Assembly (NCBI GenBank): GCA_029261035.1
Contig: JAJDCD010000004.1
Coordinates: 68,765 to 132,764 of the forward strand
Length of the DNA: 64,000 nt
From: Candidatus Omnitrophota bacterium
GTDB taxonomy: Bacteria; Omnitrophota; Omnitrophia; Omnitrophales; JACROU01
Direction: 5' to 3'
Made by a program: the position numbers and the translations under genes. Below, in pieces: positions 60,301 to 64,000 of this stretch. Numbering within the stretch: position 1 is the first letter of the stretch; each line of letters starts with the position of its first letter. Below the pieces are notes generated by a model that searched no databases, was not told where the DNA came from, and saw only the letters and a program-made list of their open reading frames with translations.

Positions 60301-60666
60301 CTAAGCAATCGAAGCTAATTTCTGACGCACATCATTTTCTAAATACTCTAAACTCAACGGTTTAGTAATGTAGTTATCCGCACCCATACGAACAGCTTCT
60401 TCAATTTTTTCTGTCGTTTCAATAGCCGTTACCATAATCACCTTAACCTTTGGGTACTTATCTTTAATTTCCTTCAATACCTGAAGACCATCAATCCCAG
60501 GCATTTTAATATCTAAAAGACACACATCCGGTTGAACTTGGGCTATTTTTTCAAGAGCATCAAAACCAGAACATGCCGTATCTACACTAAACTCTCTTTC
60601 TTCAAAAAAACATTTAAGGAAATCACAAATTTCCTCTTCATCATCCACAACTAGCAATTTAACCAT
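60301..60666 (-). CDS. Single-domain response regulator (CheY-like)
   Basis: 121 aa. LLVVDDEEEICDF..., DIKMPGIDG, KVIMVTA. Confidence 0.8.
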   Translation of the reverse strand: MVKLLVVDDEEEICDFLKCFFEEREFSVDTACSGFDALEKIAQVQPDVCLLDIKMPGIDGLQVLKEIKDKYPKVKVIMVTAIETTEKIEEAVRMGADNYITKPLSLEYLENDVRQKLASIA

Positions 60667-60682
60667 AATTACTCCCCTTTGT

Positions 60683-62230
60683 TTATTTACCTTGATCTAA
60701 CACAACCGATTCTAAATCATTACGAGAATCAGCCTCATCTTGAACCATCTCGTTTTCTACTTCTATCATCATTGGCAAACGAATACTCACACAAGTGCCA
60801 CGACTCGGGTCACTCTCGATGGAGATCCCCCCTTTATTTCTTTGAATAATCCTTTGAACGACAAATAACCCCAAACCTAAACTATTATGTTTGGTTGTAT
60901 AAAAGGCGTCAAAAACATTTGATATCACCTGATCCTCAATTCCACACCCCGTATCCTCAACCCTTATCTCAAGAATCCCTTCAGCGGCATCATGTTTCAA
61001 AATAACCGTAATTTCCCCTTCTTGCTCTACGGACTGAACCGCATTTAATATCAAGTTCAGAAAAACTTCTCTAAACTCATCCAAATGACCTTTGAATTTA
61101 GGCAAATCACTGTCGATCTCTTTTTGAATATTTATCTTTTCCAGAGAAGTCTGATAAGAAATTAACTCAAATGTATCGTCAATAATTGTTTCAAAAGGAA
61201 TTTGCTCTTCATGCTCAGGACTTGTTCTAGAAAATAAGAGTAATTTCCTCGTAATATCGGCTGCCCTAGTTGTTTGTTCAACGATCCCTTTTAAATCCTC
61301 TTCAGATTTTTGAGTTAGAAAATTTTTTCCCTTATTCAAAAGTAACATTTGAGCTTTTCCAGAAATAATCGTTAATGGATTATGAATTTCGTGAGCAATT
61401 CCTGTCGCCAATTGTTCCATCGCTGAAAATTTATTAGAATGCATAATATGAGACTGAAATTCTTTAAGTTCCTCATATTGGCTTCTGATGTGTTCGTATT
61501 TAATCGCATTCTGTAAACTCGTATTTAATTTCATAGCAAAATCGTTGAAGAGTCTTAACTCGTTATGAAAGAAAGGTGTATGGGATGGTTTAGAACTTAC
61601 CGAAATAAATGCTTTTAATTCCCCCTTATCCAGGATGGGAATGATTAGCTGCGCTCTAAGAAGCTCAAAATCCGAATTCAACTGAGATGCCTCAGGCCAA
61701 TTCATGGACTTCAATGTATTATCTCTTAAAATTGGAAATCTACTATTTTCTAACTCCTCCACAAGCTTAGAATTCGTATCTATCTTAATTTTCTTTGAAT
61801 CATTAAGGTTAAACCCGACAAGAGAGCGTGGAACAAATTTTCGAAGCCCCTCATCTTTAACAAGAAACGCAACATGCTTAACATTGAAAAGGTCATAAAA
61901 CGTATTAACTAATAAATTAGAAAATTCCCTTAAATCCAAACTCGCATTCAGATCTTCGATAGAGTTTATCAAAATACTCTGAAAACCAACCTTCTCCTTA
62001 AAAATAAACTCACGAAAAACAAAATTTAAAAAGTGATCTAAAGGTTTATAAGCAATTATGCAAACAATGATGATAAGTCCGACGTCAGATGCGAACTGTA
62101 AGGAAGGTTTTACAGGAAGAAAGGTAAAAACAATATTTTTAAGTTGTAAAATGGCTATCGATAAAAAGAATAAGCTGATAAGCTTCATCCCTTTTTTTAA
62201 AGCAATTTTACGTTTCCTTAGATATAGCAT
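60683..62230 (-). CDS. Sensor histidine kinase (membrane, GAF-like sensor)
   Basis: 515 aa. N-terminal TMs, HisKA H-box (IAHEIHNPLTII), and HATPase_c N/G boxes (LNAVQS, DTGCGI, GLGLFV). Confidence 0.8.
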   Translation of the reverse strand: MLYLRKRKIALKKGMKLISLFFLSIAILQLKNIVFTFLPVKPSLQFASDVGLIIIVCIIAYKPLDHFLNFVFREFIFKEKVGFQSILINSIEDLNASLDLREFSNLLVNTFYDLFNVKHVAFLVKDEGLRKFVPRSLVGFNLNDSKKIKIDTNSKLVEELENSRFPILRDNTLKSMNWPEASQLNSDFELLRAQLIIPILDKGELKAFISVSSKPSHTPFFHNELRLFNDFAMKLNTSLQNAIKYEHIRSQYEELKEFQSHIMHSNKFSAMEQLATGIAHEIHNPLTIISGKAQMLLLNKGKNFLTQKSEEDLKGIVEQTTRAADITRKLLLFSRTSPEHEEQIPFETIIDDTFELISYQTSLEKINIQKEIDSDLPKFKGHLDEFREVFLNLILNAVQSVEQEGEITVILKHDAAEGILEIRVEDTGCGIEDQVISNVFDAFYTTKHNSLGLGLFVVQRIIQRNKGGISIESDPSRGTCVSIRLPMMIEVENEMVQDEADSRNDLESVVLDQGK

Positions 62231-62442
62231 AGGCCTCCTTTTGAAATGCCTAATACTAAAACTGGAAAAAAAATTATTTATCTGAATGCTGTTTGGATAT
62301 CAAAAATACGCCCGAGAATGAAACTCTATAAAAAAAGATAACTCAAACACTTCCAGAAGTCAAATTATCGGCTACATTCTATACTATCTGAATCTTTGAT
62401 TACCTAAAAGATTAAATTCAGAACTTCAAATCGATTAATCTT

Positions 62443-63288
62443 TTATAATCTATTTAGAACTCCTTTTATTAATTTGTCTAATTTAGGACCAGCTGACTGA
62501 GCCGTTTTTATAATTTCTTCAATATTAATAGGCTCTAATGACTCTGGAATACACATATCCGTAATAACACTTAAACCTAATACTTTCAGTCCTGCATGAA
62601 CAGCCACAATAACCTCTGGAATAGTTGACATCCCCACCATATCCGCTCCCCAAGTACGCATCATTCGATACTCTGCTCTCGTTTCTAAACAAGGACCCGT
62701 GACCCCTACATAAACCCCTTTGTGGAGATTAAGACCTTGCTCTGTAGCAACGTCCTCAGAAAGACGCATAAGCTCTTTCTGATACGGCTCTATCATATCC
62801 GGGAACCTGGGGCCTAGCTTTTCATGATTAGGCCCAATCAAAGGATTTAAACCCATAAAATTGATATGATCCTCAATCAAAACAATATCCCCTTTTTGGT
62901 ACTGAGAATTTAACCCACCAGCAGCATTAGAAACAATCATGATATCAATGCCCAATGCTTTCATTACTCGAACCGGAAACGTAATCTGCTTTAATGAATG
63001 ACCTTCATAAAAATGATAACGACCTTCCATCGCCATAATAGTTTTACCGGACAATTGACCAAACACAAGCTGCCCCGTATGCGAAATTACGGTCGAAGAA
63101 GAAAAGTGCGGAATTTCTTCATAAGGAATCGTAATCTTATTTTCAATCTGTTCTGTAACCTTTCCCAAGCCTGTTCCAAGGATCAAACCCAGGGTTGGAA
63201 TCATCTCACCTAATTTCGATTGCAAAAAAACTTTGGCTTCCTCGACATCTTCTAAGGTTGTTGGTTTTTCAATTTGGTCTATACTCAA
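62443..63288 (-). CDS. Purine nucleoside phosphorylase family protein (PunA/MtnP-like)
   Basis: 281 aa. PNP-I family conservation (IVSNAAGGLN, GPCLETRAE, MSTIPEVIVA). Confidence 0.75.
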   Translation of the reverse strand: MSIDQIEKPTTLEDVEEAKVFLQSKLGEMIPTLGLILGTGLGKVTEQIENKITIPYEEIPHFSSSTVISHTGQLVFGQLSGKTIMAMEGRYHFYEGHSLKQITFPVRVMKALGIDIMIVSNAAGGLNSQYQKGDIVLIEDHINFMGLNPLIGPNHEKLGPRFPDMIEPYQKELMRLSEDVATEQGLNLHKGVYVGVTGPCLETRAEYRMMRTWGADMVGMSTIPEVIVAVHAGLKVLGLSVITDMCIPESLEPINIEEIIKTAQSAGPKLDKLIKGVLNRL

Positions 63289-63506
63289 ATTTCAATCTCC
63301 ACTAATTTATTATTACTTTTCAGCCCTTTAACTAATTCAACCTTACTCTTAGCAACACCAAACTCTTTACTCAAAAGCTTAATTAGCTCTAAGTTTGCTT
63401 TACCTTCTGTTGCTGGTGCATTTACATGGACAATATAGTTATCTTTTTCGATTTGAACAATTTTTCTTACTTTAGAATTGGGTTTTACTTTAACTTGAAT
63501 CAACAT
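63285..63506 (-). CDS. DUF167 family protein (YggU-like)
   Basis: 73 aa. YggU pattern (VKPNS..., EGKAN). Follows yggT and proC as in the conserved yggS-proC-yggT-yggU neighbourhood. Confidence 0.7.
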   Translation of the reverse strand: MLIQVKVKPNSKVRKIVQIEKDNYIVHVNAPATEGKANLELIKLLSKEFGVAKSKVELVKGLKSNNKLVEIEI

Positions 63507-63515
63507 ACTTCTATT

Positions 63516-63812
63516 TTATCGCATCGCAACACTTAGATCCATCAAACTACCTACTAGAAAAATTTGAATGAACTTAATCACTAAAATAGCAATTAATGGA
63601 GAAAAGTCCAAACCAATCGGAGGAACCACTCTTCGGATTGGAGACAAAATAGGTTCCGTAACTGTATCTAGAAATCTTACGATTGGATTATATGGATCTG
63701 GATTGACCCAAGAGATCAATGCTCTAATCAAAATAATCCAAAATAAAATTTCTAATACAGAGTTCAATATATATGCTAATGCTTTTACTAAATTACTAAG
63801 AACAAACATCAA
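63516..63812 (-). CDS. YggT family membrane protein
   Basis: 98 aa. Two TMs. YggT/Ycf19 motif (LIRALISWV...). Confidence 0.7.
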   Translation of the reverse strand: MMFVLSNLVKALAYILNSVLEILFWIILIRALISWVNPDPYNPIVRFLDTVTEPILSPIRRVVPPIGLDFSPLIAILVIKFIQIFLVGSLMDLSVAMR

Positions 63813-63837
63813 AACCTCCCATAAATTCTCTTATCTA

Positions 63838-64000
63838 TTAACTTTTCCCTAATTGTTCGCCGCGTTTCACTGCGGATTGAATTACCTTTGAAAAGGTTTG
63901 CTCAAATTTCTTTTCTGAAAAAACTTTAAGGGCCGCTTCTGTTGTCCCTCCCTTAGAAGTGACTCTTTGCTTTAATGTTTTTGCATCCAAATCAGATGTC
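63838..64000 (-). CDS. proC: Pyrroline-5-carboxylate reductase, C-terminal fragment (partial at window end)
   Basis: Minus-strand translation ...TSDLDAKTLKQRVTSKGGTTEAALKVFSEKKFEQTFSKVIQSAVKRGEQLGKS* matches the ProC C-terminal dimerisation region (SPGGTT-like). Stop at 63838-63840. Confidence 0.7.
   Translation of the reverse strand, partial: TSDLDAKTLKQRVTSKGGTTEAALKVFSEKKFEQTFSKVIQSAVKRGEQLGKS

Overview
AT-rich bacterial chromosomal segment, roughly mid-30s % GC by eye. It is densely coding and almost entirely on the minus strand. I could not place the organism beyond a low-GC Gram-negative-type bacterium with MreBCD, H+-PPase, the futalosine menaquinone pathway and many orphan receiver and TPR proteins. 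Recognisable blocks, in coordinate order:
- a partial secreted protein at the left edge;
- a CheY-like receiver, a TolB-like beta-propeller, an XRE-cupin regulator and a tandem-REC protein;
- Nit hydrolase and HemW;
- the rod-shape cluster mreB-mreC-mreD-mrdA(PBP2)-rodA, then aroA;
- a cluster of secreted, coiled-coil and TPR proteins, two of them paralogous papain-like-peptidase+TPR proteins;
- nrdR, then glyA-rpiB-(Sua5/LMW-PTP fusion)-purE-D-M-F-L-Q-S-C-B, preceded by tRNA-Glu(CUC);
- two glycosyltransferases, a CPBP protease and RidA;
- a futalosine-pathway menaquinone cluster: ubiE, two MqnC/E radical-SAM enzymes, MqnA/D, UbiX, a UbiA-family prenyltransferase, a UbiD-family decarboxylase;
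- rpsU-xerD-ligA, a K+-independent H+-pyrophosphatase and tRNA-Pro(CGG);
- a truncated dcw cluster, mraZ-STAS-rsmH-ftsL-ftsI-DUF192, with an MraZ-type direct-repeat operator;
- a signalling/positioning cluster: HK, REC, GAF-HD-GYP, a ParA fused to a CBM48 glycogen-binding domain, and two unknown proteins;
- PNP-yggU-yggT-proC (partial) at the right edge.
No transposase, CRISPR, rRNA or phage genes were seen.
The most notable non-genic signal is a roughly 196-bp highly structured element present twice (3801-3996 and 35398-35592). The two copies share sequence blocks and have compensatory changes in their stems, which suggests a structured ncRNA or BOX/MITE-like repeat family. The second most notable item is the ParA-CBM48 fusion with a degenerate ParA-like partner.
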